Shown piece after piece: positions 30,211 to 44,400 of a DNA stretch of 64,000 nucleotides. This DNA comes from Octopus vulgaris (taxonomy: Eukaryota): assembly GCA_951406725.2 (NCBI GenBank), contig OX597814.1:209622001-209686000 (forward strand). Reading direction: 5' to 3'. Made by a program: the position numbers and the translations under genes. The notes under the pieces are model-generated. The model saw only the letters and a list, made by a program, of their open reading frames with translations, was not told the origin of the DNA and made no database searches. Within the stretch, counting starts at the first letter, position 1. Each line of letters opens with the position of its first letter.

Positions 30211-30644
30211 ATTTTTTGAATTTCCAAACTCGCCGTCAGCTTCTTTGAACTCATTCTTGGTAGGTCTCTCGGTGAGCTAAATTTTGTAACGTTTTATTTA
30301 TTTAGTCAGAAGGTTAGGATGTAGTGTACATAGTCTTGGTAGTCCCTCGCGTATTGGTGCTGTTTATGTTCACTTTAAACTTTTGCAGATTAATGCCTGC
30401 AAGGAAAAATTTTGTCGGAAAAGATATGTGAAGGTGGTGGCAGTTCTGGGAATAAGGGATCTTTCTTATTTTCATTCCGAACTCCTTGCACTTTAATAGA
30501 TTTCGACTTTTTTTTTTCTTTGGGGCGATGTGTTGTATTATTTACTTTATTGTTTGCAGTTTGTGAAATGCATCATGAGTTTCCTCCACGAGTTTACAAC
30601 TTTCGGGGTTAACAAATGCTTTTGCTAAGTATGTTTACGTATAG

Positions 30645-31045
30645 CAGCCATGGATGTGTGGTTAAGATGCTCGATTTGCAACCACGTGGTTTCCGGTTCA
30701 GTCTCACTGCACGACATCTTAGGCAAAGGACTTCTTCTATAGCCCCTGATCAAGCAATAACTTGTGAGTGAATTCGGTAGAAGAAAATTGTGTGGAATCT
30801 TGTTGTATATATTCGTGTGTGTGTCTTTTTCGCTGCGTTATTCCACTCACCACTGCTTGACAATTTGTGTTGGTTTGTTTACGTCCCCGCGACTTAGCGG
30901 TTCGGAAAAAAGACAACGATAGAATGAGTACCAGACTATAAAAAAGGGTAAAATAAGTAGTAATGTCGATTTGTTCGACTAAAACCCTCCAAAGCGGTGC
31001 CCCAACTTTGCCGTAGTCCAGGGACTGAAATTAGTAAAAGAAGAT
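30645..31045 (+). mobile_element. SINE family C, diverged copy
   Basis: gtgtggttaagatgctcg...ggttcagtc...gactgaaattagtaaaagaa. Confidence 0.7.
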
Positions 31046-31069
31046 AATAGAAGACACTATTGTTCTTTT

Positions 31070-31480
31070 CTACTCTAGGCACAAGACACGAAATCTTGGG
31101 GAAGAGGCCAGTCGACTAGATCGATCCCAGTCCGTAACAGGTAATTAATTTATACAAGGCGGCGAGCTGGCAGAAACGTTAGCACGCCGGGCGACATGCT
31201 TAGCTGTATTTCGTCTGCGTTACGTTGTGAGCTCAAAATCCGCCGAGGTCGACTTTGCCTTTCATCCTTTCGGGGTCGATAAATTAAGTACCAGTTACGC
31301 ACTGGGGTAGATGTAATCGACTTAATACCTATGTCTGTCCTTGTTTGCCCCCTCTGTGTTTAGCCCCTTGTGGGTAATAAAGAAATAGGTATTTAATTTA
31401 TCGACCTCGAAAAATGAAAGGCAAAGTCGAGCTCGGCGGAATTTGAACTCAGAACGTAAAAATAGACGAAATACCGCTAG
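31070..31480. mobile_element. SINE family B plus-strand copy (31158-31391) nested in a minus-strand copy
   Basis: Duplicated ggta(a/t)ttaatttat flanks the inner copy. Confidence 0.8.
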
Positions 31481-32412
31481 AGGACACTAGTACTGCAACA
31501 TTTTGTTCTATAGTAAGCCTATGTTTATCTTTGTAGGTAATTTTATAATGTCTTTCTTTTCATAATTGGTTGTATATCATTCCAGTTTTAACAATCTCTA
31601 AATATGATGCTAGAGACATTAACTGCCATAACGTTTTAGTCCAACGGGTAGGTCTCTGCAATTTTTTGGCTTTTCGGTTCTTTTCACTAATTTGATATTG
31701 ATGTATGGGAAAGTAGTAGATTATTGTCATTTTTGTAAAAGAAACTGGTCACGTCGACTGAAACCCAGGACAAGCAACGTAAACAGAATTAAGAAACGGT
31801 ATAAGAATAGCTTAGAAATTGGGAGGGGAGGTTAATACAAGCATAAATAAAAGAAGTCTAAAAAATAAGACTAAAATGCCTATAAGAACATCTGGAGTTT
31901 TCTCAAACTTGTGAATCAAACTTCATTTTGTACAGTCGTTATTCTGGTCGTCTTTCAATTTCTGGTATTCTGCAGCACTTTTCTTCTAACGTGTTATAGG
32001 AGGGAACACCATCTAATCCACAACCTGGGTAACGTTGCACCATTTGGACTTAACACATGCCTCAAAACCTTATGATACTTCTATTCTACATATTATTTGT
32101 TTCCTCATTCGGTTCTTATTTGCTATTACTTAATGTGTACATACGACATATATGTACATGTAGGTATTCATTCATGTCTGTATCTATATACGAAAAGATA
32201 TATATATATATAAAGAAATATCAGACACGTGCCCTCAATAATTACTCAAGGTAGGCAGTTGGTGACGTTTATGTAGTAAAACACGAAAAAAAAAAAAATA
32301 GCGAAACACGGGCGGGCAAATGAATTGGAGGCAGAATTACTTCTGCTTTTAGAGCGCGTAAAGAAAACGTTGTTGTAGAAATGTACGCAGCAAACAGTAC
32401 TATATGTAGTTA

Positions 32413-32818
32413 AGGTGGCGAGCTGGCAGAAACGTTAGCACGCTGTGCGAAATGCCTAGCGGTATTTCGTCTGTCTTTACGTTCTGAGTTCAAATTCCGC
32501 CGTGGTCGACTTTGCATTTCCTCCTTTCGTGGTCGATTAAATAAGTACCAGTTACGCACTGGGGTCGATATAATCGACTTGATCCGTCTGTCTGTCCTTG
32601 TTTGTCCTCTCTGTGTTTAGCCCTCTGTGGGTTGTAAAGAAATAGGTATTTCGTCTGCCGTTACGTTCTGAGTTCAAATTCCGCCGAGGTCGACTTTGCA
32701 TTTCATCCTTTCGCGGTCGATAAATTAAGTACCAGTTACGCACTGGGGTCGATGTAATTGACTTAATCCCTTTGTCTGTCCTTGTTTGTCCCCTCTATGT
32801 TTAGCCCCTTGTGGGCAA
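32413..32818 (+). mobile_element. SINE family B dimer
   Basis: Consensus match; junction aaagaaataggtatttcg. Confidence 0.85.
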
Positions 32819-32884
32819 TGACTGAAACAAGTGGATTAAAAACTAAAAGGACAAAAGGACACACACACACTTACACACACATAC

Positions 32885-33150
32885 ATGATGGCTGCCCCCT
32901 CGTTATCGAGTATCGCCATTGCACGAAGCTTAACTGTTACTGGTGCTGTGATCGAATGTGACTTTTTAGCCCAGCTAAAGATCTACAATGTCTTGTACAG
33001 AATTGGCAGCTAAAACCTTTACTGGTAATAGCCAGCTGTAGTTGTAACTGGGCTTCATGTACCTTTGCATGTCGTTTAAGTCCTCCTGCCGAAGTACACT
33101 CTCTTCCACATGCCCAACAGATATGATAAGTATGGTGTGTTACACCACCA
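32885..33150 (-). mobile_element. 3' end of an RTE-like LINE encoding two C2H2-type zinc fingers
   Basis: CWACGRECTSAGGLKRHAKVH and CQFCTRHCRSLAGLKSHIRSQH*, then a short 3' UTR. Similar to 59290-59900. Confidence 0.6.
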
Positions 33151-33303
33151 CCAGTGGCCCACACACATACACACATGTATATGCTTGTGTTTCTAATAAT
33201 ATAGCTATTAGATCCAAATATGGGCACATGAGTGAAGATGTAAAAAATGATACTATTCCTATCATCATAAGCCATCCTCCACCTAAGTTGACACTGTCGC
33301 TGA

Positions 33304-33536
33304 TACCTATTTCTTTACTACCCACAAGGGGCTGAACAGAGAAAGGGCAAACAAGGACAGACAAACGGATTAAGTCGATTACATTGACCCCAGTGTGTAG
33401 CTGGTACTTATTCAATCGACTCAGAAAGGAAGAAAGGCAAAGTCGACCTCGGCAGAATTTGAACTCAAAACGTAACGGCAGAAGAAATACGGCTACGCAT
33501 TTCGGCCGGCGTGCTAACGTTTCTGCCAGCTCGCCG
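33304..33536 (-). mobile_element. SINE family B with TSD
   Basis: cgctgatac at 33298-33306 and 33537-33545. Confidence 0.85.
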
Positions 33537-33699
33537 CGCTGATACTCCACCACTGTTAGCATCGTTTCAGCCGCCACCGCCACCGCCACGGCCACCGCTG
33601 CTGTTACCGCTACCGCTACCGCCACCACTCCACCACCACCACCTCTACTAACTTTGTTGCTCCGCAAATAACAACTACAGTAACTAGTTCTATATTGAT

Positions 33700-34045
33700 A
33701 ATGGTTTCGACTTTTGGCACAAGCCGAGTACGTTTTGAGTGGAGGGGGAAGTCGCTTAACCGACCTCCAGTACTTAGCTGGTATTTATGGCGGCGAGCTG
33801 GCAGAAACGTTTGCAAGCCGGGCGAAATTCTTCGCGGTATTTCGTCTGCCGCTACGTTCTGAGTTCAAATTCCGCCGAGGTCGACTTTGCCTTTCATCCT
33901 TTCGGGGTCGATTAAATAAGTACCAGTTACGCACTGGGGTCGATATAATCGACTTAATCCCTTTGTCTGTCCTTGTTTGTCCTCTCTGTGTTTAGCCCCT
34001 TGTGGGTAGTAAAGAAATATGTATGTATTTTATCGACCCCGAAAT
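33700..34045. mobile_element. SINE family B plus-strand copy (33789-34018) nested in a minus-strand copy
   Basis: Consensus match; same insertion point as at 31157. Confidence 0.8.
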
Positions 34046-34118
34046 GATAATGATAACCCTATTTGCTATATCTACTACTACTACTACCACGACGACGACG
34101 ACGACGACCACCACCACC

Positions 34119-34174
<56 letters not shown>

Positions 34175-34233
34175 CACCACCAGTAATGATGATGATAATA
34201 ACAATAACAATACTAGCAACATCAGCAACAACA

Positions 34234-34505
34234 ATATCATTATTGCTGTGAAAGACCAAAGCAATAAAGTCTGTGTATTGATGGACATGAGCGTTACTTG
34301 CCATCATAATATCTGGGCAAAAGAGTTTGACCAGTGCAGAAAATATAAAGATTTGCTCATTGAAACCCCAAAAAGCTGTAGTATCTCAAGGCGCTTACAA
34401 TACCAATGATTGTAGGAGCACTTGGAATGATCACAAAAAAAAAAACTGAAAATTATTTTAGAACGACACCTAGTTTACCATCCACACGAGAAGTGCGAAG
34501 GATTA
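34234..34505 (+). mobile_element. RLE endonuclease remnant of a non-LTR retrotransposon
   Basis: KDQSNKVCVLMDMSVTCHHNIWAKEFDQCRKYKDLLIE...IVGALGMI. Confidence 0.7.
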
Positions 34506-34555
34506 TTTGCATTATTTACATTGGACGGATATGTGTCCTCATCTTGTTTTTTGTT

Positions 34556-34601
34556 ACCATAACGTTTCGGCTAATTTACTCTCCAGCCTTCATCAGGTAT
34601 C
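34556..34601 (-). ncRNA. Minimal hammerhead motif (stem I degenerate) in a short repeat at about 34508-34660
   Basis: Minus strand CUGAUGA-a-GGCUG...UAGCC-GAAAC-GUU. Confidence 0.55.
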
Positions 34602-34666
34602 CTAGTGGAATTTTGAACCTAACCCTGGGTTCTCATTCCTAAGGTATTTTGATATTATTATTTTGA

Positions 34667-34840
34667 TCTTCTTCTTCTTCTTCTTCTTCTTCTTCTTCTT
34701 CTTCTTCTTCTTCTTCTTCTTCTTCTTCTTCTTCTTTTTCTTCTTTTCTTCTTTTTCTTTTCTTCTTCTTCTTCTTCTTCTTCTTCTTCTTCTTCGTCTT
34801 CTTCTTCGTTTTCTTCTTTCTTCTTCTTCTTCTTCTTCTT

Positions 34841-34925
<85 letters not shown>
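34667..34925. repeat. (TTC)n followed by (TTA)n
   Basis: Read directly. Confidence 0.95.
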
Positions 34926-34926
<1 letters not shown>

Positions 34927-35155
34927 ATAAGTAACTAATAAGAAATAAATAACGGTACCTAATAATAGAAGAAAGAGGTGGAGTGCAGTGTCATGAGATT
35001 TTGAGACGGGTATTACGTCCACATGGTGTATCGTTACCCAGGTTGTAGATTAAACGTTGTTCCTTTCTATAACTTGTTAGAAGAAACGTGTTGTATAATA
35101 TCAGAGATTGAAAGATGACCAGAGAACGTCTATGCAAAGTAAAGTGTTCGATTTT

Positions 35156-35841
<686 letters not shown>

Positions 35842-37016
35842 GATATATCCTTATGTATGTATGTATGTATGTTTGTATGTATGTATGTATCTATCTATCT
35901 ATCTATCTATCTACCTACCTGTCCTCTTTCTTTCCATTTACGATCCCTTTTGATCGAAAACCAAACCCCCTTCTTTTAACCCCAAAAGAATGCTCTACCT
36001 TGTAATTTTGTCCTGTCTGTGTGCAACCCTGTGTGGCTAATAAAGAAACATATCTATCTATCTATCTATCTATCTATTTATCTATCTATCTATCTGTGTG
36101 TGTGTGTGTGACCGATGAAACAGGAGTAGTGCAACAATTTTGAGAACGTGCTGTTAGTGAGCAGGAATCCTCAGCAAATTTCCATAATATCACCACATAT
36201 CGTATTATGAACGAATGTAACGCGTTGTTCAATAATTGTATAAGGTTTTCTTTTGAGTATTAAGCTTGAAAAGTCAATGATAGATTTGCTCCTCTCAAAC
36301 TGGACAGATATTTTGCTAAAGCATTACAGCAACTGTCTTAACTATAATTAAGTGTTGTACTGACAAGCAGATATAGATTCCCTCAAAGCAATGTAACTCA
36401 TGAAGGAAAGGCTTCTTAGTTCACTATGATATTCAGTCAACCAGTTCTCATTTCAAAGAATACATGCTTATTGAACTTGTTTAATAAATGTAGTCGATCG
36501 ATTGGTTGTCTTATTTTTCGGGATGAGTTATCGCTAACAGTCGTCTATGATCTTTTTCAACATCAGGTATCGAAATTTCACCAATCGACAACTAGAGAAA
36601 TATGCATGCTTCTCAGAAATACAAGAGCACATAGATTGTAGATTCAATGATAGTTCAAAGTTGACAATGTATTTATCGCTATAAAATATAGATAAAATGC
36701 AATAGGTTATATATTAAATTCAGAACGTATAGAATGCCGCGATGTACATAATTTTCCAAAAAAAATCATTCGTTAAAATGTCCGACATATAGACGCAAAC
36801 GTGCTGTGTGGTAAGAGATTTGTTTCTCAAGCATGTAGTCTTGAGTTCAGCCCTCTTGAGCAACACTTTTGCCAAGTGTCTTCCGCTATGATGCGGGAAG
36901 TGGAATTGGTGGCTGGAAACTGAAACCTGTCATATGAATGAGTGTACGAGTGTTTGTGTGTACGTATGTCTGTGTGCAAGTATATGTGAGTGTGTATGTG
37001 TGTGTATAGTGTGTTT

Positions 37017-37401
37017 GTGGAGGCGCAATGGCCCAGTGGTTAGGGCAGCGGACTCGCGGTCATAGGATCGCGGTTTCGATTCCCAGACCGGGCGTTGTGA
37101 GTGTTTATTGAGCGAAAACACCTAAAGCTCCACGAGGCTCCGGCAGGGGATGGTGGTGATCCCTGCTGTACTCTTTCACCACAACTTTCTCTCACTCTTA
37201 TTTCCTGTTTCTGTTGTACCTGTATTTCAAAGGGCCGGCCTTGTCACTCTCTGTGTCACGCTGAATATCCCCGAGAACTACGTTAAGGGTACACGTGTCT
37301 GTGGAGTGCTCAGCCACTTACACGTTAATTTCGCGAGCAGGCTGTTCCGTTGATTCGGATCAACCGGAACCCTCGTCGTCGTAACCGACGGAGTGCTTCC
37401 A
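37017..37401 (+). mobile_element. SINE family A, full length, inserted in the microsatellite of an older family C copy (about 36800-37600)
   Basis: Near-identical to the reverse complement of 6735-7118. Confidence 0.9.
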
Positions 37402-38006
37402 TGTGGTTGTTCCCCAACAGCGTTTGACAACCGTCGTTTGTTTGTTTGCGCCCACTTAACTTAGTGGTTCGACAAAAGGTGGACGATAAAATAAGTACCG
37501 TGTTTTAAAATAAAATAATGGGGTTGATGATTTGATCGATCAAACCTTCCAAGGCAGTACTCCAGTATCGCGACAGTCGAAAAATTTGAACCAATTAAAC
37601 TATAAAAAAAATAAGAGATATCTGTTGCAGACAGCGATCACCATAAAATTTAATGATATTATTTTGTGTGCGTCATTTGTAAAAAGTTGAAAGGCAAGTC
37701 TGTGGCGGTTTTGATAATGGTGTCACTTAATTCTATTTAGCAACAAAGAACACAGAAAACACTCGCTTATTCTATGTTTTTGGGCAAGTGCTAAAGAATT
37801 TTATTATCCAGTATATCAAAAGTTACCTCATAAATTACTTATATAATTTTCTTTATTCTGCTCCTACTATTTTAATTTCAATACCCAGTTTAGCATTTTT
37901 TTTTTTGCCATAACAAAAACATAATATAAAAAGAAATATCTATATGTAGAAAATAATAAGGAATTATATATGAATTGACACCCGCTTTCTCTTTCATTTC
38001 TATTTT

Positions 38007-38046
<40 letters not shown>

Positions 38047-38590
38047 TATACTTCTATCTCTTCCCGTCTCTGTGTTTATGTTTGTATGAGTGCATGTCAT
38101 TTATATATATATACACCATGCGCACACGCACACACGCATGCATACATACATACATACATATATACATACACAAACGTGCACACACTCACACACACGTGTG
38201 TGTAAACCAAAAGTATGGAAGCACTGTTATCTCCTTTATTCCTTGGTTACAGCTGTTCCAAAAATATACGTGTTGCACAATACATCTAACTAGCTGGAAA
38301 ACATAATTACGTAACATTATTTGCTTTATATACATATTATGCATGATGTAAGTTAGAGGTACTAAAACCATCTAAGGGATGGATGTATCCAGAGGCATTC
38401 CTGGTAGCTACCTCAGTATGTATGGTCCTTGTTATAAGGTATACGGTAGTAGGTAATTTAAAAGGTAAACCGTAGTTTAATGTATATAAAGATAAGAAAA
38501 TGGAGAAATAAATAACAATGAGAAGTGGATGTTTGGTGTTATAAAGCCATTATTTAATTAATTAAGTAAGATAAGAGTATGTTAGTATAA

Positions 38591-38667
38591 GTTTACAGCT
38601 GTTTCGGTATATCAGGCTGGGGTAAATATGTATGTATCTCATTGCAACTGATAGACCTCATCAGAAC
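38591..38667 (-). ncRNA. Type I hammerhead ribozyme with canonical core and palindromic stem III
   Basis: Minus strand: GUU-CUGAUGA-GGUcUAUCAG...CUGAUAuACC-GAAAC-AGCU-GUA-AAC. Confidence 0.75.
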
Positions 38668-39613
38668 GAAAAAGGCAAAGACAAACAAATAGAGAATAGA
38701 GAGAACGAAAATGTAAGGAAAAACAGGAAAAAGAAAATGTTCAATAATTCGATAGTCTTACATTTTAGTTAGGTTCAAAGTTCAATAAATCAGTTGTAGG
38801 ATAGATGAGAAGAGAGCTAGTTGAATCTGAGGTCTCATAATTAGTTATTAACTTAGCTTACACGTGTCCGTAGTTGACCGCCGGTGTAATCCGAGGGAGT
38901 TATCTCTATTGGGGATATCCGGTGTAGTTCTATGGAATTACTCGGTGCTATGAATGTCGACGAGAATTAAATAAACAAGGAGAAAAGAACGCAAATCATA
39001 AAGAATTCTTCACATAAACTACGTCACAGTATTTCAGTTGTTTTGGTGACTGTTCACATCACCAGCCTCATAACAGAACTTAAAACAGTCACTGAATATA
39101 TTGTCACACACTGTATGCCGGTGATCGGCATCGCAAGTGGTTGGTATGAAAATTGACATAAACAGACAAAGAATGAAACAGTCATTTTTATATGTGGAAT
39201 CACTATATTTAGAGGGAGAGAATGCAATGCACTTTGAATGCGAAACTATTATATAGGCATACCCATATCAAGCAAACCTTGTCATTGGCAAGCAACAATT
39301 TGTTTCAAAATAGGTTTGATAGTCACATCGTATATCTCTGATTTCAGGTTCCTGAGTATGGAAGCTGAAGCAATGTTTGTAAATAAAAAAAAAGAAAAAG
39401 AAAAGAAAAGAAAAATAATTTTCCAAATTAGAATTTGAAAGTTTTTTTCCTACGGAATTTTGGCCGAGAAGGGAGAGATAAAAAGGGAGCCAACCAGTCT
39501 TATGTGTTGTAGATGACCTAGACAAATGTTATATTACAAATTTTAGCGACAAAGTTTGAAATCATAAGCTGACGAACAAATTAAGTGGAACAAAATGCGA
39601 CCAGGTGCTGATA

Positions 39614-39658
<45 letters not shown>

Positions 39659-39961
39659 CAGCAACAGCAGCAGCAGTAGTAGTCCAGAGAACGATTGTTT
39701 AAGTTTTGAGGATGTAGATGGTCTGAGCGCCGAGAACAAAGGAATGGCCGAAGACATTACTGGAATCGAAATTAAATGGATTTACGAAAGTGGATAGAAA
39801 TTTGCTAAGGGGTTGGAAACGGAAGGGGAATAAAGTCCCGAAAGAAATTAAGACGGATGATATGACCGGAAACGAATAGATTGATTGAAATTTGTATCCT
39901 CTACATTGGAAGGATCACTTTCCATCGTACCCAGCAAAATAAGGTGTGAGTTTTTATCACA

Positions 39962-40024
<63 letters not shown>

Positions 40025-40025
40025 C

Positions 40026-40077
<52 letters not shown>

Positions 40078-40096
40078 ATAATAATAATAATATAAC

Positions 40097-40558
40097 AGAT
40101 GGGCTACAGCAAATATTCTGCTCAATACCACAGATTTGCTTGTCAGTTGTTTGATCTTAACCAGTTGAGCATGTCCCTTAGTGGTTGACGATAAGTGCAT
40201 CTCTGATCACGAGCAGAAGTAGTGGGGGAGCATCATAGCCATGTGTTGAGAGGGATGATTTGGGGTTTGAATAATTCACCTCTGGAAACATGGGTGTTTC
40301 GTTCAACAGCCTTAAACAATCCTTATTCAGGGACCTTGTGAGAGGGATGGGTTACTCGACCAGAAGAAAATTCTAATTGGGCCCCACCTGCAAGGTCATG
40401 TGCCGTTTATCTTGGTATGAGATCACCATGTCACGCACATATGGTTGTGATGCATGTGCCTGGTGTACCCTTATCAGACGAGTAGTCATGATGGGTATAC
40501 TGGGCTTCGTTTATTTTACCCCAGTGTCACTTTGATGGCATGCACTGCTCTCTCACAC
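40097..40558 (+). mobile_element. About 460-bp non-coding element inserted in an (AAT)n microsatellite
   Basis: Bounded by (AAT)n on both sides. First 81 bp match the reverse complement of 12544-12624. Confidence 0.6.
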
Positions 40559-40624
<66 letters not shown>

Positions 40625-40772
40625 GATAATGATAATAATAATAATAACAATTAGCAGGAGAAAAAGAAGGGGAAGAAAAAGAATAGGGAATAGAAAAAGA
40701 AGAATGAAAAGGAAAGGGGAAAAGAGGAAGAAGAATTATAATAACAATAAAATAAGAATAATTCTAATAATA

Positions 40773-40809
<37 letters not shown>

Positions 40810-40954
40810 CGATGATGATGATGATGATGGTGATGATGACGATGACGATGACGATGATGACGATGGTATTCGGGAAGACGATAATGATACTGATAATAAT
40901 AAGAACATGGAAATCTGAGTGTATTCACACTCATACTGTCTCACATAGACACGT

Positions 40955-40991
<37 letters not shown>

Positions 40992-41030
40992 CTCACACAT
41001 TCATACACAAGTATGATGTCGGCACCGAGT

Positions 41031-41243
41031 AAATTGCCATAACAAGGGGTTGAAGTACTTATCCAAGTGAACTTCACTTTCTTCAATGGCACTCTGCTTC
41101 TAAGTTGTTTAATATATTTATTTGTGTACACCTCTGATAAAAGCGTTAAATCCGACACACACACACACACATATATATGTATATATATGTATATATATAT
41201 ATGTATATATATATATGTATATATATATATGTATATATATGTA

Positions 41244-41293
<50 letters not shown>

Positions 41294-41657
41294 GTATATA
41301 TATGTATATATGTATATATATGTATATATATATATATATGTATATATGTATACATATATATATGTATATATATATGTATATATATATATGTATGTATACA
41401 TATATGTACGTATATATATGTATATATATGTATATATGTATGTATACATACATAAATATATATATATATATATGTATGCATGTGAGAATGTGTGTGTGTG
41501 TGTGTGTGTATGCGTATGTGTGTAATGTTTAGCGCTTTTAATTGTAGTATGGCAATATAATGCTATTATACAGCATGGCAACATGGATTCAGAGTGCTAT
41601 TGAAGAATGAAATGCAGTCCACTCGGATAAGTACTTCATATCCTGTAATGGCAACTT
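41031..41657. repeat. About 66-bp imperfect inverted repeats flanking a TA/TG microsatellite
   Basis: 41031-41096 versus 41590-41657. Confidence 0.7.
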
Positions 41658-41780
41658 GTATAGGCTAACATTTTCATACATGAAATATCAATATTTTCAA
41701 TCAAACTATTATAATATAATTCCTTCTCTCCTATTGCAGGAATTCGAAGAAATGTTTCATCATACGAACTCACTACTACT

Positions 41781-41842
<62 letters not shown>

Positions 41843-41889
41843 TTACTACTACTAGTAGTAGTAGTAGTATCACCACCACCACTACCAAA

Positions 41890-41969
<80 letters not shown>

Positions 41970-42146
41970 ATAATAATAATATTACTAAAGATGTAGAACA
42001 ACAATAATCACGTTGGCGACGGCGTCAACGACAAAGACGACAATACAACAAATGATGAGGCAAATAATGATGATGATGATGATGATGGTGATGACGATGG
42101 TGATGACGATGTCGATGCTGATAATGAATAGATATCTAATATTATT

Positions 42147-42177
<31 letters not shown>

Positions 42178-42512
42178 GGCCGTAGCCGCTGTGGCAATCA
42201 CCTCCACCTTCTCCTTCCTCCCTCGCCTTATCCTCCGCCTCCTCCTCCCTCTCCCTACACATCTTCTCTCCTTCATGGCCATCATCCTTTGCAGTAATAA
42301 ACTCATATCGATTCCTTCAGAAGGTGTATCAGTCATTTGGGCTGCTCTTCAAAATCGTTGACATCCAGAAAATTGTATTGATGACACATAACTTGTATAC
42401 TTATTATATATGAAGAGAATTTATATACGCACCCATCAATGCGTCTAGTTACATAGCTGCATCTCTCTATCTATCACACTCTTCCTCGCTTTTCCTCTCT
42501 GTACGTATTTGC

Positions 42513-42545
<33 letters not shown>

Positions 42546-42636
42546 ATTTTAATCCAAACGGGAAACAAAAAAACAACAACAATGGAACAATTACAGTATT
42601 ATTATTAATAGGCGCTCAGGAAATGGAAGCAGGGAG

Positions 42637-42671
42637 GTATGACGTTTCGAGCGGAGCTCTTCGTCGGAAAC
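42637..42671 (-). ncRNA. Minimal hammerhead motif, U4C core variant, in a short (TA)n-flanked element at about 42545-42770
   Basis: Minus strand: GUUU-CCGACGA-a-GAGC-ucc-GCUC-GAAAC-GUC-AUAC. Confidence 0.6.
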
Positions 42672-43237
42672 ATAAAGAAGGAAGAGAGAGGAAAGAAAGA
42701 TCCCGGAGCGGGCAACGGAGATAGAGAAAAAAACGACTGGTGTTAGGAGTTACACATAGTGAAAGGCGATATATATGTATGTATACATATACATGTGCAT
42801 GTATGTATGCATGTATGCATATATATAGATGTATGTGTGTGTATGTGAATGTATATATATATATACATACACATTCACACACGCACACACACACACATAT
42901 ATATATATATATGTATACATGTATATATATATATATCTATCTCTCACACTCTTCCTCGCTTTTCCTCTCTGTACGTATTTGTGTGTGTGTGTGTGTATAT
43001 ATGTATACATATACATGTGCATGTATGTATGCATGTATGCATATATATAGATGTATGTGTGTGTATGTGAATGTATATATATATACATACACATTCACAC
43101 ACATACACACATATATATATATATGTATACATATACATGTGCGTGTATGTATGCATGTATGCATATATATAGATGTATATGTGTGTATGTGAATGTATAT
43201 ATATATATATATATATACACATTCACACACACACACG

Positions 43238-43322
<85 letters not shown>

Positions 43323-43486
43323 CGGAGATGTAATTGCATAGCAAGTGACCTGATCTGAGATCGTGTACAGGAACGTAAACAATTGCAGCGGGGAAGGTGT
43401 TTATAAGCCATTCAAGAAACACAGAAAAAACCGTTAGATTCACTTCAACATTTGAATTTAATTTGTCAAAATATTTTCGTCGCTTT

Positions 43487-44104
43487 GTACAGGCACCATT
43501 TTTCGTCGCCAGTAGCGATTCGGTAAAGAAATCGTTGCTTGTGTCCATGAGTTGAGCAGTGACGAGCAGTCAAACCAGCGAAGATTGTGGCTCGTTGATT
43601 TTTGATGTTGTCACTTAAAGCATGCGGAACCTATGCTCCATACTTCTGAATCTTTCCCAGTGAGCGAAGATGCTTCTCTATAGCAGTGTGGGAGCATTCA
43701 ATTGTCTCTGCCAGTTCCCCTGTTGTTTGACGAGAATTTTCGTGCAAAAGTTGGTTTAATCGCTTGTTATCGAACTCAACTGGACGGCCAGAACGAGGTG
43801 CGTCTTTGAGGTCAAAATTTTCATACCAATCACAAGCTGTTCTTTCAACTACGAGACCCTCTCCATACATAGCACAATTGTTGCTAGCAGCTTTTGCGAC
43901 CTTAGAGCCTTGGTTAAAGGCAAAAAGAAGGAGGTGGTGAAAATGCTCTTTTTTCTTAACTTGACATTCCATTTTAATGATCTAAAAAGGAACAAAAGTA
44001 AACAAAATTTAACTAGAAAATAAGAAACAAAATAGATTCCAAAATTTAAAAATGCGATAAATTCCAAAATTTGAAAAACACGGCGAGAACTTAGTTGCCA
44101 ACCC
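43487..44104 (-). mobile_element. Mariner (Tc1/mariner) transposon 5' half, pseudogenised
   Basis: ORF 43631-43972 has the HTH region and PRSGRP. It continues through *VPHAL (WVPHEL motif) to TGDEKWCLY. Putative TIR gggttggcaactaagttctcgccg ends at 44104. Confidence 0.9.
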
Positions 44105-44184
44105 GAGACTATAGTAGAAGACACTTGCCCAAGAGACCACGCAGTGGAACTGAACCCGGAACTATGTGGTTGGTAAGCAAGCTA

Positions 44185-44188
<4 letters not shown>
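44102..44188 (-). mobile_element. SINE family C 5' segment
   Basis: taagtagcttgcttaccaacc...gggcaagtgtcttctactatagtctcggg on the minus strand. Confidence 0.85.
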
Positions 44189-44225
<37 letters not shown>

Positions 44226-44400
44226 GTTTAAATATTTGTTGTGCAAGATTTTTTATGTGAAGTCGTGTGTTGAAACAGATATTGTTATATTTCGGAATGG
44301 TCATATTGCCAGTTTAGCCAATAAAAACACACGCACTATATATTTGGTGTTATTTTGCTTCAGTGATATTTATTTTTTACATTAATCTTAATCTTATTTC

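Noticed and set aside
32937-33275. Host C2H2 zinc-finger gene
   Set aside because: The upstream part of the ORF is low-complexity flank, and the fingers end next to a LINE-like 3' UTR and resemble the RTE fragment at 59290-59895.
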